From: Perna viridis | Lineage: Eukaryota | Direction: 5' to 3' | Length of the DNA stretch: 64,000 nucleotides | NCBI GenBank assembly: GCA_037379345.1 | Contig: CM074518.1 | Span: 38,219,586-38,283,585 of the forward strand | Shown: in pieces, positions 26,226-38,183 of the stretch | Numbering within the stretch: the stretch's first letter is position 1 | How the letters are laid out: every line of letters begins with the position of its first letter | Position numbers and translations under genes: made by a program | The notes under the pieces: model-generated | The model's input: only the letters and a program-made list of their open reading frames with translations | Told to the model about the DNA's origin: nothing | Database searches by the model: none

Positions 26226-27016
26226 ATATCGATGACAGACTTTAAAATGAAGAATGTGTTATACTTAGTGTGAAAAACAAACTTATTTTCGCCTTGCAAA
26301 AAGTGCACATTTTGTAATTCCATTCTTATTAAATATTTAATTAGAATTTTGTGGTAGTGAATTCAACAAGTAGGTCGTATATTGAAATCACTTTGTACGT
26401 CTGTCTGAATTGTGTTACACATATTTCGACTTCCAATGAATGGATTGATTTCATGTTTGGGAATTGGCTTTATATAGATGTGATATTATACATTGTAAGC
26501 GCTTTGGTTGCTCTCCGATATCAACTTTTTGTTTTCTGTTTTTTTTTCTTCATTATAATAATGTGGAATGATAGTCTAAAAGATACATCTCGGCTGGCAC
26601 TGCACTGAGACACTAATTTTCTGATATAAATGTATTAACAAATATTGTTTTATTAATCTTTATGTGCCTCTAAGTTGTTTTCAATACAATAACTTTTAAC
26701 ACTGTTCTCAATTCTCTTTAAGCTTTTATATATAAAAAGAAGTAAAGGAAACCCTTCCCAGTTGAAGAGATATGAGCATTTTATTAGATGTTTAAAGTCG
26801 TACGTTTTACATTAGTTATGTTCTATGCATGTATGTTGAAACCCAAAACAAACGGAAAGGGGGACGAGCAAGCTGTTAGTATTGTATTAAGTACTTAACT
26901 GGGTTATGTATTTGTCTTTTTCTTCAGCTACCTGTTTTGTGAGGCGTCGTCACTATACTATTTGTTTACTATATTTTTGGGTCATGTGACTAGAGTATTT
27001 TATTTGACTATTACAG

Positions 27017-27393
27017 ATGGCAGTAACGCTGTTTATGGAGCTCATGATTTTGGAGTAGGTGGGGATGGCTTACCTGGCCAAATACACAATGCACATCTGT
27101 TGTCTCTATCTGAAATTCAGAGAGATCTTCCGATAACTTTTTCCAATTTCCCGGGAACAAATCCGATGCCTTTACCGGAATTTTCAGGGGGCCATCGGCT
27201 TGTATTGACGGATGGAAGGAAATTACGGAATTGTCATTACTGCGAACAGCATTGTGTCAAGACTAAAAGTGGATATACCACACGGACTAGATATTATTGT
27301 CAAAAGTGTAACGTGCCATTGTGTGTTGGTCGATACAGGAACAGAAATTGTTTCGTTGATTATCACAATACGATGAACCAAATAAATGATTAA
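27017..27393 (+). CDS. Cassette 23: CRD terminal exon
   Basis: Acceptor tttgactattacAG at 27015-27016, phase 1. CHYC-x18-CQKCNVPLCVGRYRNRNCFVDYH. AATAAA at 27445. Confidence 0.85.
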
Positions 27394-28721
27394 TACAATA
27401 CAGTAACACGCTACAAGTTTTGTTTCAAGTGATTTTTAAAAGGGAATAAAATTGATTTGAAGCCTGTGTAAAATGCATGTACAATGTTGTAAAATCGGGT
27501 CGTATGTTTCATCGTGATCAAATTATATGTTCTCTCTGTGTGGTTGGGTGACGTCAATAACTTAGTTTTTACTGACAGGAGACATAGTGTGTGTGGTTAG
27601 TTTGGGGTTATTAATCGAATTTGTCAATGATGTTGTATCGTTGTTTACAACTAATTTTTGCGCAAGTAATCGATCAAAGTAAATATTTTGAAGCAATTTT
27701 TTAAAAAGGAGAATGGAAACGAAACAATATTGGAACAAAAAAAAAATGTCAGAGACAAATTGAAACTGAAAATGATTCAAGGAGGCAGTTTGAAATAAAT
27801 TGCCAACACATTAGGCACGTACCTACTCTAACCTTAAGTAGCTACACCACTGAATTGAATATTATTATAAGAATGTCTGAATGGAATTATTTGCCTTTTT
27901 GCAGGCTGATTCTTACATCTGGCTTGAACTATCTGACCGGCGCAAAGAAGGATTCTATTGTCTTTAAATTAAATAAAAATATCTACTAGTATTATAGGAC
28001 TTGAATCACAACCAATCCAATTGACAAAATAAAACGGAGACCATAGATTTTAGGACTTCTATTTTGCACCATGACATGTCAGGTAGTATTCCAAGCTCCG
28101 AACAGCGTCATCTCTCTTCGAGAGAAAACGAATATCTTCCGCTGCCTGGGGCTTGGCAGTATTCCCAGTCTAACAATTGATTTTAATGGTATATCAGATA
28201 AGATTTGTTTTCTTGTACCAATAAATACTGGATTTTGTTTCCGATCTCTTAGTCCGTTATAGGCAAGATAATTAATCACATGAAACAAACAGTAGGGACG
28301 CAGCACTGCGTCCGGCGATTGGACCGCCTATTGTTGAATTTTATTTATTCCGGGCAATTTTTGTGTAAAATTGGAAAAAAGGGCTGGACCCTTTTCAAAA
28401 TTTCTGGATCCGCTCCTTAACTATTGGATTTAAGAACCCACGAATTAAATTTCTGATCATTGTACGTCTACAAATAAACAGACTGTGCAATCGAGTATGA
28501 TAATGTCTGTTTATTGTCACTTTCGGTTTGCTCATTTGGGCGTCAAGAATTTAAAATAGACAAGAACTGAAAACTGCGATGTCAAAAAGTCAACCCTATT
28601 TATAAAATTACGTGACAAATCACACACACAAAAAAGCCAATTGTCACATACAAAAAAACATTGGTTTGGTTGTTCTGTTTATCATTTATTCATTTTAATA
28701 CGGGCGCTTTGTTTCTTTCAG

Positions 28722-28996
28722 AGTATATACAGAGATTGTTTGACCAGCCTAATTTAGGTCCCATTCCTATTGGAGATATGTCTGACCACCCATTGGTCCA
28801 TATCAACGAGAAGCGCACGCAAAGGGACTGTAAATACTGCCAGATCCATAAGATAAAGTCAAAGTCAGGGTTGCGTCTAAAGACTTTGTTTAAATGTGCA
28901 AAATGTAACGTGCCCCTATGTGCCGCACAAAATACGGACCGACACTGTTACGTTTTGTTCCACAATGAGTTTATATTCGGATATTCTCATATGTAA
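28722..28996 (+). CDS. Cassette 24: CRD terminal exon
   Basis: Acceptor ctttgtttctttcAG at 28720-28721, phase 1. CKYC-x18-CAKCNVPLCAAQNTDRHCYVLFH. AATAAA at 29083. Confidence 0.85.
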
Positions 28997-30580
28997 AGTT
29001 CTAGTAGATACAAACTATTTTTTTATAGATATTATTCTGGAAACAGTGATGTATTTTGATTCATTGAACATATATTCCTTTTAATAAACGAATCCAGAAG
29101 TATGTGTGTATGAATGCTCTATGGTTGCACATGAATTAGTGGTTGATCCAGAAATTCCGAAAAGGCTGGAATTGCCTAATAGACCACTCCATGCCTCCAA
29201 ATGGACCCGCCTATGGGAACATGTCCGCAGCCATAGACATTACATATTACTAGTATATAGCGTGTTTTCTGTAACTATCAAAATCTTTTGTACAAATGTT
29301 GAACAGATGTCGTTCTTTTGTGTCATTTTTTGTTTTTCAAATAAACAATATAAGAAATAAAAAAGCCTTCATTTCCTTATTTTTTAAATAAGTTCTGTTA
29401 CACATTTAAAATGATTTAAATGGTAAGGTGGCTCCTCAGTTGCAAACAAAAATTGCTGCTCAGAAGTTCTATATCATGTCAGATATTACTTTTGGTGTTC
29501 GGTTCTTGCAATTTTAGCAATTTTCAGAAGTGATTATCAAACTTTTGTCTTTGTTACAACGTAACCAGTTCCAATCTCCTTTGCCTATAGTACTGCGGAC
29601 AGGTATCAAAAAGTGCTTTAGTTTTCGAGTTTAATGGGCCTAGAGGGTATACGGCTATATTATATGTCAATGGAAAGATAAATCAATGTAGTTTTTGAAT
29701 ATCGTACTTACCAAAGTGAAAAACGGTTAAGTTTATTGCTATTTTGCAATAATTAGAGGAGGAGTCAAAGATCAATCGACCCCAATACACTTTGATACGC
29801 AATTTAAGTGAAATCATTTATTGTAGGTATTAGGAAACAAGTAGCATGTAAAGGTCACATGTTTAGAATGTCAAAAATGTGAAAAAGAACTTTTTCCGAC
29901 AAAAGTTGACTATCAAATCACAGAACAATATTGCCCCTAAAATGGTTGCATTTTAGTGCATTTTCTAGGATTAAAAGATAATAAGACACTGTAGAATATT
30001 ACAATGTATATCTAAGCGTTCTTTACTGAATAACAAATAAAATAAACACAACGTTCTCGATTCGATCTGCTACATGCGTTTTGCCAAATGTGTTTGAAGT
30101 TGCAAATTTCCACATATATTAACTACTAATTATACTAAAATTGTAAAATACGAAATCATTTTCCGGACAACCTGTTCTGTTTCCGAATTGTTGGTACAAT
30201 AGAAAAGCATGAATATTATCCAAATTAACTTATTTTTTGACTTGATCAATATTTTAAGTGCTTTTTAAGCAGATAAGTAAAAGTTTGACATATTTTTTTT
30301 GTTCTTCAATAATCGAGCACTCAACAATGTTCGTTTTGAGGAAATTGGAGTGAAGAACATGATATTCATAAGAAAAAGCACAAAAAACACAAAAATAGTC
30401 ATACAAATAACATATATAAATTTAAAGAATTAATTAGCAAGCCAGGCTTGATGAAAAAAACTGTTACAAAGATTTTTTGTAAATGGATTATTTCAAATAA
30501 AATCGGTCTTAACTATCATATAGACCGATGAAAAGTTTCCGAGTTATGAATGGCTTATTTCCGATTCCTAGATTTTACAG

Positions 30581-30667
30581 CATCTTCGTAAGGCAAGGGT
30601 TACGGTCCTGTCGTTCCCATTCCTTGAAGGGAGGGGGCAAGAATGTAACCCTAGGGTAGCGAAGATG
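30581..30667. mobile_element. 87-bp micro-MITE
   Basis: Ends CATCTTCG...CGAAGATG, inner agggttac/gtaaccct inverted pair, flanked by the direct repeat (a/c)ttttacag. Confidence 0.7.
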
Positions 30668-30941
30668 CTTTTACAGTTGTAATGTGATCCCATATTCAGT
30701 TTGCATCTTATTGGTAGTTAAATTATAACAAATGATGTTTCCTGTGAACTAATATTCTATAACAACTATGTTACCATTGTGTACTATTCATACGGTTACT
30801 AAAACTGGAGTCTTTTTTGAGAGGTAAAAAAATAGAAGTTTTTACTGCGTCTGAATTTCTTCTTTTTGCGTTAGAATTTTTACAAGAAGTCTGGTTTGTT
30901 TGTTTGTGTTTTATCAACTCGTTTAGTATAATCCGTTCAGA

Positions 30942-31116
30942 GCAGCGACGGATCCAAAGGGGGTGTATGGTATTGACACCCCTTCTTTATTGCAAAATTT
31001 GTCATTTTCATGCGTAAAATTGACAAAAAATGGTAAATAATGTCCTAGCACACAACCTTTTTTTCTGAGGAACCCCGGCTGGCACCCTCCTTTTCACAGT
31101 GTGAATCCGCCACTGC
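30942..31116. mobile_element. Short MITE with gcagtggcggatcc-type TIRs
   Basis: gcagcgacggatcc ... gaatccgccactgc. Related degenerate copies near 23495, 33842, 36898, 45450 and 62745. Confidence 0.6.
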
Positions 31117-32662
31117 AGAAGATATTGCATGACAAACATCAGCCTGGCGCACAGTTAAACATCATAAGACATAAATATTGTGACAACAAGCATGAACATG
31201 TTTGCACATGCTTCCATGCACGGTCCAGCCTTATCATGAACCGCCGAGTTGCATTTTTTGTTTGAGAATCCCTGATTCATGGTGAAATCTTTGACGTTTT
31301 ATTTGAAGTCCAAACATATAAAGACAAATGCAACAAAAACATGTATGATTTTGTATGTACAAAAGTAAATCTCAAAACCTTAAGTCTTTTCATCAAAACG
31401 TAAGGTAGACTCCATACTTTACATGTATCTCTGACAAATTGTCCGGAAAAGATCCGTATTATACAATTTTAGTACAATTAATATACTGTACTAATTTACA
31501 TAAAGGGCTGGGGTTTAGCAATGAGTGGCAGAGATGTAAAGCTTTGAAATATCGAATATCCCCTTTGTGCAGGATTTTCTCCTCTCCGACAAATGTTCAG
31601 TCATTCATACTTCTGTTGAATTAATGCATGTCCTGATTATTAATGAACCATGTTGCTAACTAACGATTAAGGTCAAATTGAGAAGAAATAAAAAAACATT
31701 CAATTGTAACCTTATAACCTCTATTACAAATATAGATTTCAATCCATTTTTTAGGGGGGGGGGCTTTGTCAGTACGCCTCTTTATTTTCAAAACGGCAAT
31801 TTTATTAATTAAGAATGTGTGTAATGAGTTGCCTTAGATCTGTGCTTCAGTCTTGTTTGTATCCTAACCAAAATGGTTAAAACTTATACGTTTATCTCTG
31901 CAAGAATGTCTATCAAAACATCAAACCATTTTTGACGTTGAAATAGTGTGGTTAGTAGACACACGTATATTGTGGAAATACAAAAATGGGAAAAATAAAA
32001 TAATTTTTTAAATGGTCAAATCTTGTTTCCCCCATCCTGTTTAGCACTATGAAGTGAATGTTTTGTGCGGAACAAGGTATCACCTACAAATCTACTACAT
32101 ACCACTCCGTTAGCTTATTACATGTAGCTTTACTATGCTGGGCGTGAAACAAGTCATAACGCATGAATATTGCCACATCATTTCCGGTTGTACTGTACTA
32201 ATTTGGATGAAGGTGAGGGGTTGTTATTGAGCATGGCTCTGAAATTACGATTATACCATATGCGATGGAGGCGGGAGCTGTGAACAAATCTGCGAATTTG
32301 ATTCAAGTTCAGTGTACCGATTTGAATAAAGAGGCAGAGTTTAATATTTAGTTTGGTAATAGCATTAAAACTGATGTAACGAAAATCTGTGTACACTAAC
32401 ACCATACATAGGAGTTTCAATACATTTTGAATCTTTTAAGCCAACGACCTGCTTTGACCGAACGTACTATTCCCTCCTAAAAAGAGGCACGGTTGAGACA
32501 GGTTTCACTGTATTACTTTTCTGGAACTGTCTGATTCTTACATGGGTCTATACTTAATAGAAACGATAGAACATCCCAAATCGATTCAAAGTTGGAAGAT
32601 TTTTTTTATTTGTATCCCCAAAATGTGAAATTTTTTGGTAAAAGTTTGTTCTACTTTTTCAG

Positions 32663-32988
32663 AATTAACCACTCTACAGATGATAAACATGGATGATATA
32701 ACAGTATTACCTTTATCCGACTCCAGAACTCGATGGAATATGAATAGAAAATTTCACATACCCGGGCACCAAGTGGTACCCATTGGAATGGCAAATGAAC
32801 AGAGGGACTGCAAGTACTGTCAAAAGAAAAAGATTAAAACGAAACGTGGATGGAATGTGAAAACTAAATTTAAATGTGATAGGTGTAACGTAAATCTGTG
32901 TTCCGGTGACATGACGTCACGAAATTGTTTCGTTTTGTTTCACGAAGAGTTTGTATTTGCTGGTAATCAGAATCCTTATACCACATAG
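32663..32988 (+). CDS. Cassette 25: CRD terminal exon
   Basis: Acceptor ttctactttttcAG at 32661-32662, phase 1. CKYC-x18-CDRCNVNLCSGDMTSRNCFVLFH. Confidence 0.85.
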
Positions 32989-34189
32989 ACTTGAAGTGAC
33001 AATTCATTTATTCCCATTTTGATTTGGGTGTATGTAATTAAGATTTCAGTTTTAATTTAGAGAGTGCGTAACTTATATTTGCGCTGAATTATTTTTAGAA
33101 TTTTAATCGAAGTTTGAAAAAAAAGAAACATAAAATGGGGTGACTGACGACATATTAGGGAACTACTATTTGATTTTTTAGGTAGGAGGGGGTGCTAGGA
33201 TCAAATTTGAAATATAAAGGCAGAATTGTTTTTTTTTTTTTAATAAAAGGTCAGGACAGGCCACAAGTAAAAAAAAGGCAGGATAGAAAAAATGATCCTA
33301 GCCTTCCCTAAAAATTAAATGGTTTCTCCCTTACTTTGAATATATATGCATGTCCATATAAAGAAATGAAACTGCATGACTTCAAGGAGAACATCACTGC
33401 CTTGATAAACAAAAATATTTTGTTCACACGTATAGTATAAGTTACACTGGATAAGAAACTTGATGTATGACCTAGCTCCTATTGTACAATTAAATACCAT
33501 TCCCTTCAGGTATCATGTGTTTTCTGTTATTTGAAATTTCTTAATAAATTATTACAAAATCGTGTCTCTCTCGTGGTATCGTTTCTCGACGTCTATCAAT
33601 TTTTGCTGTCACGTACGCTGTATTTATTAGTGTACCATTCAGTCTTAGTCGCATGAGTAATAGACTTCTACGCTGTATCTTTTGTCACATTTCATAGAAC
33701 TATTGACAGTCACCTACATGTATGCCACATACATGTACATAAGATTGCCTGCTATTGCATTGAACTTGACCGTTTGCTGCCATAACTGTCACTTATTTCT
33801 TACAAGTAGAACTGTTTGGAATCTCCTTTGTCACACTTATTTCAGGGGCGGACACATGAATTAAAGAATCGGAGGGTGCGCCGACATATTGTGGGGGGGG
33901 GGTCATCGTAACTTAATTTGCTTTCATTTTTTTCGAAATGGTAGAACCGCCTTTGGATCAAAGATTTATAGTTGCGGCTTTTTGTAATATAGTAGAACAG
34001 CCTGGTGTCATAATGCCACATTGATAAGCACCACCTGTTTTCATTCGTCCTCTTATTTTAAAAAAAAAATCAGATAGTTGCGCTGAAGGTCCAACTGTCT
34101 TGCAATAAACATAGCCACAATCTGTCATTTTGAACACAGTAAACAAAACTATACTTGCTATAACTGAGGAAGTCACAATGATAAAATAA

Positions 34190-34432
34190 CCTGCCTGCTA
34201 ACATTTTGTCACATTGGACAGAACCAATTGTTTCACTATTGAACAGAACCAGAACTTGCTGTCGCTTTTGTCACACTGAAGAAAACCATTAGCTTGCTGT
34301 CACTTTTTTCATGCTGAACAGAACCTTTAGCTTGCTCTCACTGTTGTCACACTGAACCTAAACCTGAACAAAACCCTTAGCTTGTTGTCATCTTTGTCAT
34401 TCTAAACCTGAACAGAACTCTCAGCTTGTTGA
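34190..34432 (+). repeat. Degenerate tandem repeat, about 35-45 bp
   Basis: Recurring gcttgctgtcac-ttttgtcacactgaacagaacc. Confidence 0.7.
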
Positions 34433-34699
34433 CAATCAATCATTTTACATTGCGTTATGTTTCGTTAATTCGAGGACCTCATTTTATCACTGACGTCACC
34501 TTGGTTAAAAAAAAACTATTATTTATGGGATCACATGATGATACTTAGTACCCCGGTCACACTGTCAAGCAAGAGAAATGTTCATGAACAGATCATTTTG
34601 ACAGACATGATCGATTTATTTGTAAAAATTACTACAGATATTCTGAAATTGTCGAAAAAATAACAATTCTGAACAACATTATTTTGTTCACGATCAAGC

Positions 34700-35880
34700 T
34701 GCAATACTTGACATCTATTTTCGACGACCACTTTCAACCTTATAGCTAAAGTACAACATATTCATTTTCCTGTTGTAGCACAATGCCTCAGGAAACCATA
34801 GTCCATCATTAGCAGTTAGAAACGTCTTGAACTGTTGACTAAATCGCGGTAACAATGTCAAATGGTTCGATGAATATCCAACGACATAAAGGATTTCGTG
34901 ACTATCAACGCATATGCCGTGTGGCCATCGAATTTAGGAATTTACAATATTTTCCCCCTGTTGTGGAGCAACATGTGATTTTGTCATTTTTCCAATCGGT
35001 GTAATATATCCTGTCTTTGAATGTAGTTATGTAATTAACATGATCAACATCCACACTCAGAGTGTTCTAAACAATACCCGATTCATCGATCATCGCAACA
35101 CCCTTTCCTTTTACTATTACATTAAGTCACCCGCTTTGGTAGGATACTCCATAGCATTCTCCGCCAGGTCGGACTTTCTTTTTGATCTTCTTCTTTGGTG
35201 CTGACTAAGATTATTAGAACTTTATCTTTATATGTAACAGCAATACGGTCCACATCAATTACAGCTACATTGCAAACGGAAGGCTTAGCAGGACCGAAAA
35301 TGTCACACACATGGTGGTCATCTTCGGTGTACTTTGTTAGCTTGCCGTTGTACTCAGTGATGAACAATCTACCATCTCCTGACAAAGCGCACCCGATGAT
35401 AGCCTTGTTGCTAGTACCTATTTGTATATCAATGACTTGTTTTGAGCTTAGCTCGATTTCTAGACTAGATATATCAATTTGAGCTTGATTTAAGTCAGCG
35501 TGTCTGTACACTATACTAGGTGTCGTATCCATCACCTGGATATCACCAAAAACTTTGGATATCTTTGATTATAGATGAAATAGATGAAATAAATTTTCAC
35601 CTGAAACATGAATAACTTTGATACGTTTAGTGTATTTTTGAGACAGTCGATATTTCTTGTAAAAGTATTTCTCATTTGTCGAACAGCTTAAAATAATACG
35701 ACTTTGGATGCCGATTCTTGAATATGAATGAGAGAGATTTTAATTTGTGTGAATTCTTCATTAAAGGACCTCAAACTGTCTAGTATTGAGGGGCACTGTG
35801 CTCGTCAGTCTTTGTATTTTTCTTCAATATCCTCTAAAAGTTGTTTTTCTAGTCGGTCTAGATGTTTATCTAATTGTTCG
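34700..35880 (-). pseudogene. TRIM-like / NHL beta-propeller pseudogene, antisense within the array
   Basis: ORF 35122-35535 (IIGCALSGDGRLFITEY..VAVIDVDRIAVTY) continues after frameshifts as ECYGVSYQSG*LNV..IDESGIV*NTL..DRIYYTDWKNDKITCC and WPHGICVDSHEILYVVGYSSN..DGLWFPEALCYN. These are NHL-like repeats with in-frame stops. The 5' limit is approximate. Confidence 0.75.
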
Positions 35881-36033
35881 AGGACATTGCAAACTTATTT
35901 TTAAAATCCTGGCCGTTTTGGCCCTAGGAACATTTTCGATAATACCATTACCATGGTTTTCTGGACGGTCTCTTAGATGTTTGGTAGGATGAGGATCGAT
36001 TTGTACCACTAGCAAAGTTTCGTAATAGGAATG

Positions 36034-36207
36034 AAGTTTGGGTAGAAGTTGATAACAAGAGAGACAAAGTGTAAAACATGGTCAGATTAACAAGTTTGGG
36101 TAGAAGTTGATAACAAGAGAGACACAGTGTAAAACATGGTCAGATTAACAAGTTTGGGTAGAAGTGGATAACAAGAGAGACACAATGTAAAACATGGTCA
36201 GATTAAC
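36034..36207 (+). repeat. 58-bp tandem repeat, 3 copies
   Basis: aagtttgggtagaagttgataacaagagagacaaagtgtaaaacatggtcagattaac. Confidence 0.95.
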
Positions 36208-36897
36208 TCTGTCTAGTACAATACAATTTTATATCCTTCATTTTGTTTATGTTTGTCTGGTGTTATTTCATTATTCTACTTTTACTTGCGCAAACGGCCA
36301 AGGCATGTTATAAATCTTTCCCTATAATTTCAATTTTGGATCAGTCGATTTTAAGCCTAAATAGCGATTATTTGGGTGTCAATTTAGCGTTCATATACTT
36401 TTAGTTATTCTATCACTTTTGTCAAATGAAATATGCGAGATTTTTTTAACTTGTTACATAGATAAGGGTCGTGGATGTCGCGTGATGTCAGCGATATTTC
36501 AATATCGACCCCCCTCCTCCCCCCCCCCGAAAAAAAATGGATTGCAATCAATTATTTTCTCAGTTTTGCACAAAGAGTAGTGGTCCTACACCGGACTCTC
36601 CTGCGAACAGTGTTGTGTTAAACTTTACCCCATGCCAATTTCTCTCGCTTATGTAGTTCCAAGGCTCATTTTCCTGTACGATGGTTTTAATGTTCTATGT
36701 TCATGCTACGGTAAAATTTTTGGTCACTACTCATGCATTACCTATAACATATCATCATTCAATTGTTTTTCACTGACCTGAATTTTTCCCTAAGACAATG
36801 ATGCATCGAGACTGTTGCAACTAAATATGTAAACAAAAACAAAACTAAACAAAATGTATACTGTCGTAATGTGATATCGCCTATGATTTCAATACCT

Positions 36898-37069
36898 GCA
36901 GGGCCGGATCCAGATACTTTGAAATGGAGGGGTACCAGCCGAGTTCCTCAGAAAAAACGGGTGTTAGGACATTATTTGCCACTTTTTTTTAAAATTTTAT
37001 ACGAGAAAGGACAAATTTTCCCATTAAAGGGGTTCTAACCCCATGCACCCCCCTATGGATGCGCCGCTG
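36898..37069. mobile_element. Short MITE, ggcggatcc-type TIR family
   Basis: caggggccggatcca ... tggatgcgccgctg. Internal ccagccgagttcctcagaaaaaa is shared with 23628-23655. Confidence 0.6.
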
Positions 37070-37636
37070 ACCTCAGCATTCAAGATGTCATTGATAATAA
37101 GTTTGAATCCCCCATTTTCTGTTCAAATAATTATTTCTTTTGTTTTGTCCTTAATTGAAAGATTGTAGTACCGTTAAAATAACGACAATGTAGCCTGTTT
37201 TAACCGAACCATGAATAAACCGAAACCTAAACAAGACACTTTTGGTATTCCCTTTATTTAAGAATTGGCAATAATAAAAATTTTGTCTATTGAAAAATAA
37301 CAAAAATTATCCATGTGCATATTGTTTATTGCGCGAAAGTCAAAAATATTTTGTACATGTACCTATTAGGAGTCCAAGGTCAGGTCCAGAGGTTTTGAAA
37401 AGGGGGTTAATTGAGGAGGTCTCAGCAAAAATGAGGCTTCGGACTATTATTTGCCCAATTTTGCGTAAATGTTGCACGAAATTAAGAATGTTTTCGAATA
37501 AAAGGGGGTCCAATCCCCTGCATTCTTTACTAGAGTCCGTAGAATATAACAAATGTTATGCAGGGTCTGCTTGTTTGGTCTTGAAAATGATCTCGCCCTG
37601 AAATTTATGAAATATCTGTCATGGGACGTTAAACTA

Positions 37637-37664
37637 CAATCAATCAATCAATCAATCAATCAAT
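37637..37664 (+). repeat. (CAAT)n microsatellite
   Basis: About 7 units. Confidence 0.9.
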
Positions 37665-37842
37665 GAGTTGTATACTGGTATTTGAAAACCAGGCATCTGA
37701 GCGTCTTTGGTAATCGGAGCTACTTGTTTCCGGTATAAGTAGTAAAATGGTATACCCGTTTTGTGTTGCTATGCATGCGCATTAAGCGGTGACATTTGAT
37801 GATAATGTTATATGATTAATATTTACAACTTGTTTGTTGCAG

Positions 37843-38183
37843 ATCAAAATGAAATGATTACACCACAATTATTTCCTGATGATATGGCTTTCCTCTCTAC
37901 ACAACAGGAGCTGCTGGTTGGAGATACAATGTCAAAACAGGTACCAGACAGGACGAAAAAAGGCTTTCAAATATATGGACACAAACTGGTACCCACGGAC
38001 GACAGAAAACAGAAGTTGTGTAGATATTGTCGGGCAACGTGTCAAAAGTCTCCGTCAGGACGTAGAATTCTGACAAGATCGAAATGTGATACATGTAATA
38101 TACCATTATGTATGGACGGAACAACGGAAAGAAACTGTTTCCGATTATACCATCAATTTCTTTTTAAACATACATCTACCTGA
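37843..38183 (+). CDS. Cassette 26: last CRD terminal exon of the array
   Basis: Acceptor cttgtttgttgcAG at 37841-37842, phase 1. CRYC-x18-CDTCNIPLCMDGTTERNCFRLYH. Confidence 0.85.

Noticed and set aside
27890-27966. Acceptor-like ttgcctttttgcAG as another cassette
   Set aside because: The phase-1 frame stops at once (GGC TGA) and there is no Cys motif. Another frame has only a faint lectin-like look, too short to support.
772-38183. Cassettes as independent small genes using the ORF-track starts
   Set aside because: Starts are inconsistent: many are TTG/GTG or lie upstream of the pyrimidine tracts, and cassette 4 has none. Spacing of 74-190 bp leaves little room for promoters, and the acceptor phase is uniform.
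815-38183. Cluster of degraded piggyBac transposons
   Set aside because: No DDD catalytic remnants or per-copy TIRs/TSDs were seen. All copies are on one strand with intact frames and conserved ligands despite deep divergence.
815-38183. One multi-finger protein made by splicing cassettes in series
   Set aside because: Each cassette ends in a stop soon after the domain, and I saw no conserved donor site before it.
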